Shown: positions 11,690 through 23,300 of the stretch, one piece after another
How the letters are laid out: each line of letters opens with the position of its first letter
How positions within the stretch are numbered: the stretch's first letter is position 1
Source of the DNA: Amphiscolops sp. MND2022
Lineage: Eukaryota
Assembly (NCBI GenBank): GCA_964187785.1
Contig: OZ076416.1
Span: forward strand, 62,868,001 to 62,932,000
DNA length: 64,000 bases
Reading direction: 5' to 3'
The notes under the pieces: model-generated
Database searches by the model: none
What the model was told of the DNA's origin: nothing
Seen by the model: the letters and a program-made list of their open reading frames with translations, nothing else
Translations under genes and position numbers: made by a program

Positions 11690-14600
11690 GTGGATCGACC
11701 TTTGCAGTATCTCCAGTTCTCTGGCAAGGAAGAAGTCTTCGCTGTGTGGCAGGACCAATTCGAGGGTTCCTGAACGGAACAGATGCTGGTACGAATGAGA
11801 AGAAGAACGAAATTTAGGCGTACTTGTTTCAGTTTCTCGACATTCGCAGTATCCTGATGCTGACGAACGACTGCAAGGGTGATGGTCCGAAGGCATGGTA
11901 ACTACTTCGGGACCACTTCAACCGCACCGAAACACCGAGGTTGATGAACTTATTAGAGAAGTTCACAACCCTGCAATTGGAGCCCACGGAGAGCATGGTT
12001 GACTACCAGACACGGGCGGAGTAAGTGAGTGAGCAGTTGGAGCTCGCTGGTGAGAACGTTTCTGAGAACATGTTAACTTCGATAGTTCTAAAGAGTTTGC
12101 CTTCCGAATATGACTATTTCAAAACTCTGCACGATTTTTAGAAAGATAAGGCGTCTTTTACGGACGTAAAGAAGGCATTAAAAAAATTCGAATGTTCTCG
12201 AACAGCTACGACAGCCAGCAATGAAACGTTCACTGGGAAGTGTAGGCGTTGCGGTAAATGTGGACATGTACCAGCCACTTCTAGAGTATCCCAGTGCAAC
12301 TTTCGAAGGCGTTTTGGCCATGAAAAGAAAAAATGTTTCAAAAAACACTCTTTTGTACCCTAGGTCAAGTGCTGAGACAGGTGAGGACCTACTTTTCGTT
12401 TGCAATGGTAGTGAGACTGCACTCACTAGCCAAAAATGCGAGGTGAAGCAGCGCATTTTGGTCAACGACTCTGGTGCTTCCTCGCATATGTTTTTTGACC
12501 GTTCTCTGTTCTTCGACTTCAGCGAAGAAACACAAGACAAACTAAAAAGTGCGAATGGGACTTTTTCCCAAGTTGAGGGTGTTGGAAAAGTTTTCTTTTT
12601 ACTTTTGGACAAAGATGGAATCAAGCGTTGTGTCTTTTTTCGACTGTCTTTTTCTTCCTGATCGTTCTCATAACTTGATCAGCGTTTGCACGTTGAGACA
12701 AAACGGGGCTCAAGTGAACTTTGAACAACCTCAATGAGCATTTTTGTCAATGGAAAAGCTAGTATTTCTTTTAAAGAGGACGCTAATCTTTAGGTTTTGA
12801 AAGAAAAGGGATATGATCTTTGTTGTTTTCCGGCGAGAACGAAGAAGCGGTGCTTTGCCATCATCGTTTTGGTAACTACTGTTTCAAAAATATGAAAAGT
12901 TTGGCTCATCATGTATCGGGAATGAGCTTGAAAAACAGTGCTTTTGATAAACTTTGTTATTGTGAAGTTTGCAAAACTTCAAAGTCACGACGGCAAGCAG
13001 TATCGCAAAAACTGGAGAACAGAAAATGTTCGAAACTTGATCTTGTTTTCACTGATATGTTGGGACCGATGCCAACTACTTCGCTTGGTGGCAATCGATA
13101 GGTTATTTCTCTAACGGATAGCTACAGCAGGTACTCAGCGGTAACAATCCTTTGAGCGCCTCATCAAAATGGTGTGAGTGAACGTCGCTGGCGAACAACA
13201 GTTGAAATGCTTGCTTCATGCTACAAATAGCCAAACTCGGCAATGAATTTTAGGTTCGGGCCTCACGCACTGCTTTTCACATCTCTACCCGTTGCCTCAC
13301 AGTTAGTTTCCCACAAGGTAAAACGCCCTTCAAAATGTACTTTGGTGGTGAAATCCCAGATCTTCCCAATTGAAAGTTTTTGGATGTACGGCTTCCAAAC
13401 ACATAGAAACGCATCAAGGCAAACCTTCGGAGAAAGCCACCAAATAAATTTTTGTTGGTTATTCTGAGGCTTCCGAAGCATACTTTTTGTACAATCCTTA
13501 ATCTAAAAAGACTTCGTTTTCTCGCAACGTCTCCTTTGATGAAGCGTCTTTTGACTTTTTTGCTGCGCACTCAAGTCAAAACATCCGAGACATTCTTATC
13601 ATTAAAAAAAGCCGGCACTGAAACACGTTTTGTCTGAAACACTGATACTTTTTTGCGAAAAGTCTTCAGTTCCTGTTTTACCGTCAGAAACATCAAATGA
13701 TTTAGAAATTGAAACAACCGTTTCCCCCGTTGATGTTGTTTCATCTGAAACGATTGATGTCATCGAAAGTAGTGTTTTTCCGCGGTCTCGAACAGTTATC
13801 AATCCTTTTGCGTATCTCGACGGCTACGTTTTTTTAACGAATGACAGCGGTGAGAATCTAACTTATCGTGAAGCAATGAAGTTATCGCCTAAAAGCGAAT
13901 GGATCGAAGCTACTTGAAACGAGTACAATGCGCTGATTGAGAACAAGTCTTGAGTGCATTTCCTACTTCCTCCGGGCCGAAAAGCAAATGGAAGCCGGTG
14001 GTTTCCAAAATGAAGCGACAAGACGACCGAACTATTGACAAATTCAAGGGTCGTTCCGTAGCCCAAGGGATTTCGCAAGTTTTTGAGAGCGATTACGATG
14101 AAACCTTTGCCAAACGTTGTACATTGAGGATTTGTTTTGCGCTCGCTGCTGCTTGGTCGACCTATGTTTTTCATTTAGACGTCTGTTCAGTCTCCCTCAA
14201 AGCCAACTTAAGTAATGAAATTTTCACAGAATAACCTGAAGGCTTCGCGCAAGTGGGGGCTAATGGTGAAGCACTTTATTTCAAGCTTCAAAAATGCCTT
14301 TATGGTTTAAAGCAAGCAGGGAGGGAAGGAAACAAAACTTTAACCCAGTGGTTTTTGAAGGAACATCAAGTTTGATGTTTCTGACGGTTTGTACAGTCTG
14401 CCGAGGATCATTGTCTTTTCCGTTGCGATCGTACCAATGGTTCCCAGTTTTTTGCAGTAGATTGGGTAGACGAGAGTTTGTACGTTTCAAATAACTACGA
14501 AATGCTGCATGATTTCAAGGCGAAAATCAGCGATGCATCAACATCGATGATCGAGGGAAAATGACTTGGTTTTTAGGGTGCCATGCTGAACAGTCACACG

Positions 14601-15870
14601 GTCGCATTTCTCTTAGCCAGCGGTCATATACGAAGGACTTTTGCGCAAAAGCCAAATGTCTGATTGTAAACCAGTCAGTACGCCAGCAATACCCCATACA
14701 GAACAGTCTAAATCGCACTGCCCCTTGTAGTGAAAGTTCACTTCAGTTTTACGAACAGAAACAATATCGTAGCTTAGTTGATAACCAAAAGTACTTGTCC
14801 GTTGTTAGTCGCCCCGATATTTGCTTTGCTATCTATAATGTAGCGCAATTCGTGTCAAATCCCGGTAAAGCCCATTAGTGTGGATTGAAACCCCGTCTCC
14901 GTTTTCCAAGGGCACCGAGTCTAAATCTCTTGTGTGAAATCGCTCTGAAAATTTTGAACTTTTCAGTTTCTGGATTTCAATTGGGTCACCGACAAGGATG
15001 ATCGCAAGACAACTTCGTGTTTTTGCTTCAAACTAAGTCTTTTTGGCAGTGTTGTTTCTTGGGCGTCCGAAAAGCAAGGGTGTGTGGCACTTAGGCCCTG
15101 CAAAGCCGAGTATGTTTCGTTAGCTTTGGCTGCACAGGAAGCAGTCTATTTGCAAGGCTTCCTCACTTTCTTCTACTTGATGACGGTGGACACGCCTGTT
15201 CTGTTGTTTGGTGACAATCAAGGGGCACTCGCACTGGCCAGCAACCCTGTCGCCCACAAACGAGCTGCTGGAGTATTTTCGGATCGAATTTTTGTGAGAG
15301 TGAAAAGCGAGATCCAAAATGGATCGAAAGTTTTGAGATCGAAAATGGATGTTTCGTTTTTGCTAGTTTTTTTGCACTTGCAAAGCATTTGAAAGATTTT
15401 AGGTACTTCTCCCCACCTAACATGGTATCATATACGATGTATGCACGCTCTCCCTCACCGTCGCAAAGACCAGCTCCCACTACGATGGCTTCGCGATCTC
15501 CTTTCCGTTAGGTCTTTGCTCCTGTTTGACCTCGCTTAACAAGATGGGAACATAAGCGGCCCCAAGGCAACCAGAGGAAATGGGGGTATATCCGACGGCC
15601 ATAAACAACGTTATTGGAAAACGCTAAGCGTTTGAAAACCTTGATTCGATGTAATTTTCTTTGACCATTTTACTTCGAGCTCAATGACAGATTGCATATT
15701 CGCGCAAATTCGTTCGGTCCAAAGGCCCACCGCTAAACGAGCTAAACACATAGAAAACCGACACCACTTCATCCGTCAACTGGTTGAGCAAAAACAATTT
15801 GGCTGATATCTTCATCAAGAACCTATCCAAGCCTGCCTTCAATGAGCTCTCGCCCATCCAGCTCAATCAT
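11690..15870 (+). pseudogene. Ty1/Copia gag-pol pseudogene (gag, PR, IN, RT, RNase H order)
   Basis: gag LQFSGKEEVFAVWQDQFEG and knuckle CRRCGKCGH; protease DSGASSHM; pre-integrase HHRFG...CEVCKTSK; integrase LVFTDMLGPM and HQNGVSER; RT KFKGRSVAQG; RNase H CKAEYVSL, GDNQGALAL and HKR/AKHIENRHHFIR. Many stops and an integrase-core deletion. Confidence 0.93.
15267..15734. mobile_element. 468-bp MULE-like MITE inserted in the Copia RNase H
   Basis: Perfect 9-bp TSD AAACGAGCT (15258-15266 and 15735-15743). Removing the insert restores HKRAKHIENRHHFIR. Long imperfect terminal inverted repeats. Confidence 0.85.
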
Positions 15871-16068
15871 GAACCTAACCCTTGCCTACCCCCACAACTC
15901 AATTATTTTAATTTACCCATTATTATGTTTATACTATACCAAGGACTATGACAACTTGCAGCTTCTCTTCAACTGATGGATAGAGCCACCTCAACCGCTG
16001 CCTTGACAAGACAGATGGTTGCCACCATCGACCAGCAACAACCCTCGGAGACGCTCATCGAACGGGGG

Positions 16069-16538
16069 TGTTAGAGACCGATGAAGGTCAAAGGACCATT
16101 GAAGGTCAACCAACTCTGACTATACCAGACCGAACTAATTCAGTTCATTATTGTTGCTTGTAATCATGTACCTGTTTCTTTGATCTTCACTTGACTGAAT
16201 CACTTTCTCAACACGTATCTCAAAAAGAATTGACAATATTCAATCTTCAATAATGCGCAGTCTCTTTCTATATTACACAGCGCTCTCTGAAAACTGCTGG
16301 TTCTTTTTATTCAACCTTCACTGTTGTTTCCTTTTATATAGAAACGTGAGCTCAATTATTCATTCATCTTCAATAATCCGCCAACCCAGCCGACATCAGA
16401 AGGATTTGAGACACTAAGAAACTGCAATAAACCACAAAGCTTCCGGCTGCCGATCTATAAATACTAAGTTTACTCAGGTTACAAACTGGTCGACTCAATT
16501 TTTGCCCGCAAATAGGGTCTCAATTTAGACGTGTAACA
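16069..16538 (+). mobile_element. Copia LTR (copy 2, 470 bp), shared between tandem units
   Basis: Preceded by purine tract GAACGGGGG; TGTTA...TAACA termini; homologous to 10631-11097. Confidence 0.9.
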
Positions 16539-18078
16539 ACGGTGTTGTTAGTGATAAGTCGAAAGATTGGTGAGATTGAACAAGCCATTTGGTCTAGGGG
16601 ATAAGGCGCTTGACTGCTAGCTAGACTTCTTGAGATGCATGTTCGATTCCTGTAATGGATATTTTCTCAGAATCATGTGGAGCTTAGGTTGTTATAGTGG
16701 GGTTGGGTACAATTTACCGAAAGACATTTTGCTGAAACCCAATTTGCCGAACGTCAAGGACAATTTGCCGAATTTTTTTCGGCAAACTGTCCTTTTGAAT
16801 TTGCCGAATTTTGTAGGGACAATTTGCCGATTACCTAGCGTTTTTTTAGGAAGAGATGAGGCCCTAATGTGTATGGACACAGTAGTTTGGGGAGGTTTTT
16901 TAAACTTTTTTCTGTTTACTCTCACTGTGCTTGTCTGATCTTTTTTTCTCGTTCTCAAATTGATTATTTTCGTGGGAATTCCTGTTTTGCTGCCCCATTT
17001 TTGTTGCAATTAGTTCCTTCTGCCTGTTTCAGGCTTTTGTTTGTAGTTTGTGAGGGGTGAATCGACCTTTGCAGTATCTCCAGTTCTCTGGCAAGGAAGA
17101 AGTCTTCGCTGTGTGGCAGGACCAATTCGAGGGGTTCTGAACGGAGCAGATGCTAGTACGAATGAGAAGGAGAACGAAATTTAGGCGTACTTGTTTCAGT
17201 TTCTCGACATTCGCAGTATCCTGATGCTGACGAACGACTGCAAGGGTGATGGTCCGAAGGCATGGTAACTACTTCGGGACCACTTCAACCGCACCGAAAC
17301 ACCGAGGTTGATGAACTTATTAGAGAAGTTCACAACCCTGCAATTGGAGCCCACGGAGAGCATGGTTGACTACCAGACACGAGCGGAGTATGTGAGTGAG
17401 CAGTTGGAGCTTGCAGGTGAGAAAGTTTCTGAGAACATGGTAACTTCGATAGTTCTAAAGAGTTTCTTTTCCGAATATGACTATTTCAAAACTCTGCACG
17501 ATTTTTAGAAAGATAGGGCGTCTTTTACGGACGTAAAGAAGACATTAAAAAATTTCGAATGTTCTCGAACAGCTACGACAGCCATCAATGAAAAGTTCAT
17601 CGGGAAGTGTAGGCGTTGCGGTAAAAGTGGACATATACAAGCCACTTGTAGAGTATCCCAGTGCAACTTTCGCAGGCGTTTTGGCCATGAAAAGAATAAA
17701 TGTTTCAAAAAACACTCTTTTGAACCCTAGGTCAGGTGCTGAGACAGGTGAGTACTTACTTTTCTTTTGCGATGGTAGTGAGACTGCACTCACTAGCCAA
17801 AAATGCGAGGTGAAGCAGCACTTTTTGGTCAACAACTCTGGTGCTTCCTCGCAATGTTGGAAAAATTTTCCTTTTACTTCTGGACAAAGATGGAATCAAG
17901 CGTTGTGTCTTTTTCCGACTGTCTTTTTCTCCCTGATCATTCTCATAACTTGATCAGCCTTTGCAAGTTGAGACAAAACGGGCCTCATGTGAACTTTGGA
18001 CAATCTCTGAGCATTTTTGTGAATGGAAAAGCAAGTATTTCTTTTGAAGAGCACGCTAATCTTTACGTTTTGAAAGGA
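16539..18078 (+). mobile_element. Second, truncated Copia internal region (leader, gag, protease start)
   Basis: Collinear with 11098-~12800 (same leader, MMNLLEKFTTLQLEPTESMVDYQTRAE, GASS). Internal deletion at ~17855; homology ends at ~18078. Confidence 0.92.
16584..16659 (+). pseudogene. tRNA-Ser(GCT)-like sequence directly after LTR copy 2
   Basis: TGGTCTAGGGGATAAGGCGCTTGACTGCTAGCTAGA...TGTTCGATTCCTGTAATGG. Acceptor-like pairing CCATT/AATGG is retained; GCT sits in the loop; long variable region. Confidence 0.65.
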
Positions 18079-18272
18079 CGGTTCAACAGACGGTTCGTAT
18101 CCACAGCGTCGAAAATGAATAGTTGTTCCCACAAAGTCGAAAATACTATTTATTTTATTTCGTCAGTTTATTTGTCATTTACACAAACAAAGTTTTGGGC
18201 ATAATCTTTGTATAATTTATGCATTTCCTCCAAGCGACTTTGAAAGCAAATATGTTGCATTTATACGAATTT

Positions 18273-19251
18273 TTTTACGAACATATTTCTTGGAAACGAA
18301 ATTTTCGAAAATCGGCTTTTATTCGAGTTTTTGGAAACTATGTTCAAATTTTACAAAATAACCAACATTTCGCCATAAGTTTCTCAAAATTCAGTTTATT
18401 GCTGTTTTTCTGATATAATATCGCAATTCCTTGTGTTTTATGGGTTGTTTGCCATCTGATGTAATGTTGATGATTGCCTTTATTGCAACTTTAGACAAAA
18501 CTCTTTACGATCAGCCAATAAAATTGCAGTACGTCACTTGTGTGCCCAAATTTCCCACGTCAACAGTATCTTGTTCTTTATTATTTAGTAGCCTTACCAC
18601 AAAGATAACCCTATTTCTTCCATATCGGAAATTCTTGAGAAAATTTTTCTTTCTTTAATTAAACCTTCCCCTAGTTTCTGGATTGCCAGAGCATTGAAAA
18701 TTGAGAAACAAGCGCTTCGTTCAAAATAGCAGACATTCAGTTTGAGATGCTAAAATCAATTTGTATTTGCCCATTCAACTTTATTGTGTGAGGGGTCTGA
18801 GAAGAACAGAAAGCAAACTTTTTCACGAAGAGACACAACTCAACTGCCTCGAAACAGATAAGACGTTCCAATGTTGGTTGCGATATCCTCCTAGAGCTTG
18901 GAAGCGGGCTTAGTGGAGAGTGAATTAGTTGACGGATTTCTCGATTTTTTTGTTCATTTCAATCACGACATCATCAGCTTGTATAAAGACGATGTACAGG
19001 CGATAATCTGTCTGGTCCTCGTGGTAATCATCGGGAAGCTCTGGGTCAAAATCATCCTCGTGGTACTCATCCTGTGATTAGAAACGAGAACCATAACCGT
19101 CTTCGTCGTGAAGTCATTCTGAAGTCACTCTCGTTAGCGCTCGAAATACGTATGGGCGTAAAATCGCTGAATTCTCTGGAATGCCAGAGTGGTCCGCCAA
19201 TTTTCTTCAGTTAATTGTTGATCAAAGTGTCAAAGAGCTTCGGCGAGAACA
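18273..19251 (+). repeat. BEL-1 5' LTR
   Basis: Aligns with 25605-26585; ends GAGAACA, followed by TTTTTTGGT; its 5' TG is decayed. Confidence 0.88.
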
Positions 19252-19256
19252 TTTTT

Positions 19257-19273
19257 TGGTCCGCCGAGTCGGA
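19257..19273 (+). promoter_or_regulatory. Putative primer-binding site (tRNA-Tyr type)
   Basis: TGGTCCGCCGAGTCGGA lies just after the LTR and resembles the recalled tRNA-Tyr complement TGGTCCTTCGAGCCGGA. Confidence 0.65.
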
Positions 19274-19276
19274 CAA

Positions 19277-19435
19277 TCTCACATTGTTGTAGTTCGGACG
19301 TTTGCGTCTGCCACATTTTACAGTCAAAGGACCTCAAATTTTGGTAGTTTTGACGTTTGCGTCTGCCACATTTTACAGTCAAAGTATCTCAAATTGTGGT
19401 AGTTTGGACGTTTGCGTCTACCACATATTCAATTT
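19277..19435 (+). repeat. 55-bp tandem repeat x~3 in the BEL-1 leader
   Basis: Core GACGTTTGCGTCT(G/A)CCACAT at 19297, 19352 and 19407 (period 55). Confidence 0.92.
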
Positions 19436-19975
19436 TTGGATGGTTTATGTCATTGGAGCAAGCTCCTTGAGAATAGTCATCGACAAAGCTCAACGTCAAT
19501 CCGCAAAAGCATTCAAGGTAAAGTTTTTGCAGTGCCCGGGTTACGTTTTCACCCTACACCTAAAAATCCTTACAAGCAACTTCAACATTTACTGAGAAAA
19601 GGTCTAAAAAGTTGCAAAAAGATCGTTATTTGGCACGTTCTTGTGAACAATTCTCTATCCTCGCATAGGAGTAACAGCAACCAGAATTGCCCACCTGACG
19701 TGTTCCTCAAACTTTTGGAGCCTTTTCGTCATCAGATCAGTGTCATTATCTACAATCAAAGAATTGGAACCCCGAACATCCACAAAAAACTAGTTGAAGC
19801 CTCGTACCTTACAATCAGTCCAAAACAACACTTGCTATCCAATCGAAAGAAGAGATCAGCGGAATTCAGTCAAGAATTGCGGAAATTGCATCCACTGGAA
19901 CGCAGTGAACTCCACATCCTGCAAATCATTTTGCATAGTCAAAACAATCTTCCAAGGCTCCTGAGAAGAAATTGA
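19412..19975 (+). CDS. Extra leader ORF upstream of gag; tentatively SGNH/GDSL-hydrolase-like fold; start uncertain
   Basis: 187 open codons inside an otherwise stop-riddled element. Motif order FLDGL, FAVPGLRF, IVIWHVLVNNSL, LRKLHP resembles SGNH blocks I, II, III and V. The ORF starts at TTG within the third tandem unit. Confidence 0.45.
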   Translation: MRLPHIQFLDGLCHWSKLLENSHRQSSTSIRKSIQGKVFAVPGLRFHPTPKNPYKQLQHLLRKGLKSCKKIVIWHVLVNNSLSSHRSNSNQNCPPDVFLKLLEPFRHQISVIIYNQRIGTPNIHKKLVEASYLTISPKQHLLSNRKKRSAEFSQELRKLHPLERSELHILQIILHSQNNLPRLLRRN

Positions 19976-20338
19976 CCACATCTAAGAAGAATCTGGCACA
20001 AAAGCGACGGAAACGGCTCGCAAAGAAAAAATAGCGTTAGTTTTTCGTCGTTCAGCCAAAAACGCTTGTGAGATTGCACTTGGTGACTTCCTGGTTGTTT
20101 TCTCACCCGATTGTTCTCAAGCGGGATCTCAGTTTGTTCGATGAGGCCAACGTGCGTTTTGAGTTCTTTTACTTTCTTGGTGACTTCTTGAGTGTCTATT
20201 CACGCGAATGTCGTCAAGTTAGAGCTGAAAACGGCGTTTTTGTCTCACTTACTCATCGGTACTTTTTCTTACGGAAAATCACGATTTCCCATTGTCATAG
20301 TTTATTTTTGGAAACAGGTTAAATAACAGTTGATAACA

Positions 20339-23300
20339 ATGGCAGAAAACGAAACAAGTAGTTCTAACAACGAATCCAAAAATGATGTTAAGAACTAATT
20401 GACATTAGTGGCGGGCAAAAAGGTGCCTTCACTAAATCGGAGTCCAGAATTGATCTTTTGTTGTCGCAATTATTAAAAAACGAGGAACAACTCTGTGAAG
20501 CAGAAGCTCTTTTAGCCAATTTAAAAAATTGATGTAACATAGTACGTCGTTATGATGCCGAAATTGAACGTTTGATAGATTATGAGGACGAATTGAGTTC
20601 TGAAATTCATTCAAGTGTTCTTTTTGACGAAAAAGCCAGTATTGCCATTGTTCGTTTAGAGTCACTCAATAAAAATACAAACAAAAGGCTTTGTCACGTA
20701 AAACTTCGTCCTCTGACGTCACTTCAGGTACCGCCACTAGTAAAATGAAACTGCCAATTTAGAACTTCCAAGTTTTACATGCTCTTACACGGAATGGACT
20801 TCATTTATAGACCTTTTTAGAGCCTCCGTAGATAAAATATGCAATTAAAAAATCAGAAAAATTGAACTACCAACTACCTCCGAGCGTGTCTCAAGGAAGA
20901 CGCTGCAAAACTGATAAGCTCCTTTATGATTACGGATGCTAATTATCAAATTGCTTTAACGCTCCTGCGAGATAGGTACGAAAACAAGCGTTGCATTATG
21001 CAGGCGCATTTGAAAGTAATATGGTCTCAACCTAGCATGAAGTGTGAATCTGGTCTAGGCTTGTGAAAAATTTTAAAGACAACAATTGAACACTTGAGAG
21101 CTTTAGAAGAACTAGGCGAACCAACACATGCGTGGAAATCATTGTTGATGTTTTGGATTACAGAAAGGTTAGAAAAAGAATCGAAAAAACAATGGCAATT
21201 GGCCCATCCAGGCACGGATCGTCTACAGTGGCAAGACCTCGTGAAATTTTTAGATTCAAGAAGTCGATCTCTCGAACTTGGTAATGTTAAGGAACATTCC
21301 CAAGCCCAAACGAGCAACACTAATAACCCAAAGCAGACCGTAGGATCCAATCTTATTCAACAGTGAGTTTTTCGCACTTCAGAACATGTCAGTTTCCAAT
21401 AGGACCAATTTCGTTAGATCAAATCAATTTTGTTTCAATTGTTTGCAATCTGGTCATGGCGTGGGCGCCTGTACCTCTAAGTTTACCTGCAGAGAGTGTA
21501 AAATGAAGCACCACACTCTTTTGCATCGCGACAAGAGTTTAAAGGCAAACTCTTCGACTTAAAAAACGATTCATTCCAATGCAGCTAGCAATTAAACAGA
21601 AAAGAAAAACCACGAAACTGTTGTAAATAGTCACTGCAACGCATCAGCAGAATCTAAACAGCTATCTTATACCTCAAATTCTTCGCCTTTCATCAATGTA
21701 CTGTTGTCAGCAGCCTACTTTTCTCTTCGTGATAAGGCAGGCAATGAAATTTCAATGCGTGCACTACTTGGTTAACGCTCACAGGATAGTTTCATAACAG
21801 AGGCTAAGGCGAAGGCCCTTATGCTTCCAATTGAAAAAGTACAAACACAAATCGCTGCTATCGGAGCTGCAAAGACGCAGAAAACCTTGGCCTTGATTGC
21901 AATGAAACTCAACAAGGTTGTTGAGATCAATCTCTATGTAATTCCAAAATTTACGAACGCAATCCCAACAAAATCACTTGATGTTTCACTGTTGCGTCAT
22001 GTCAACCATCTACAGTTGGCAGATCGCAAGTTCAACGTGCCAGGTAAAATAGACATTCTTCTAGGCGCTGATCTGCTTGAAGAAGTTTTGTTAGATAATC
22101 GAATCAAAGATAATGGTGTCGTCATACGTGAATCTCTCTTTGGATGGGTTGTTTCTGGACCTGTCCAAAAATCAGAATAGGAAAATACTTTTCCAATTTT
22201 AGCCAAAACAACACGGATTGCACCATTAAGCTGCACTCAAGACCTAATTTCGAAATTTTGAGAAATTAGAAAGCGTTCTCGACAAAAAACATCTCTCAAA
22301 CGAAGAGAAGGAATAAGAAATTCATTTTGATTAAACCACAAAGCGCAGAGATGATGTCCGATTCATTGTTGAATTGCCTTTCAACGAGAAAATTGAATAA
22401 TTAGCACTTAGTAAAGCAGTTGCAATGAAACGTTTCCTGAGCGTAGAGAAAAACTCTTGAGCAACAAAAAGTTACACGAAGAGTACAGTAAGTTCGTGAG
22501 AGAATTCTTTGACTCAGGTCAATTGGAAAAAGTGCCTGAAAAAGAGTTAGAGACAAAAAGTTGCTATTACTTACCACATCGCTGTATTCTGAATTCAGAC
22601 CGCACCACCACAAAGTTGAGGGTAGTTTTTGACGCGAGTGCGAAGACCACTTCAGGAATATCCTTGAATGAGTGTCTCATGGTAGGTCGTAAACTCCAGC
22701 ATGACATTTTTGATATTCTGATTCGATTTAGCTTCTCCAAAATCGGAATGAGTGCAGACGTAGATAAAATGCATCGACAAGTCGAGCTCAATGAAAGACA
22801 TCGCGATTACCATAGACTGCTATGGCGGTTTAGAACAAGGATAACGTATGGCGTAGCAAGCTCTTCCTATCATTCAATCCGTTCACTATCAGAATGTGCA
22901 AAGGCTCAAACGTCCAAGGCAATCCTACGGGATTTTTATGTCGATGACATTTTACAGGAGCACCTAGTGAACAGGAAGCTAAACAACTCCAGACAAGCCT
23001 GATTAGCACTTTGAAAAAGGGACAATTCGACTTGAGGAAGTGAACATGTAGCGAACCGCAAGTCACTTTGTCTTTACCTCCGGAATATCGAGAAGCCAAT
23101 GAAAACCTCGAATTCCTCCAGGACACACACACCATCAAACTTTTGGGAATCGTGTGGAATCGGAAGTTTGACGTATTTCATTTCAAAATGAAACAAATAA
23201 ACAAAACAATTTCAACAAAAGCACTTACAAAACGGCAAGTTTTGTGTGACATAGCAAAGATCTTTGATCCATTGGGCTGGCTGTCACCAATAAGCATCAC

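Noticed and set aside
11143-16659. Functional tRNA genes (also 36729, 48381, 50531, ~62880)
   Set aside because: Anticodon and T stems are mismatched and the copies sit inside repeats, so they are treated as tRNA-derived sequences.
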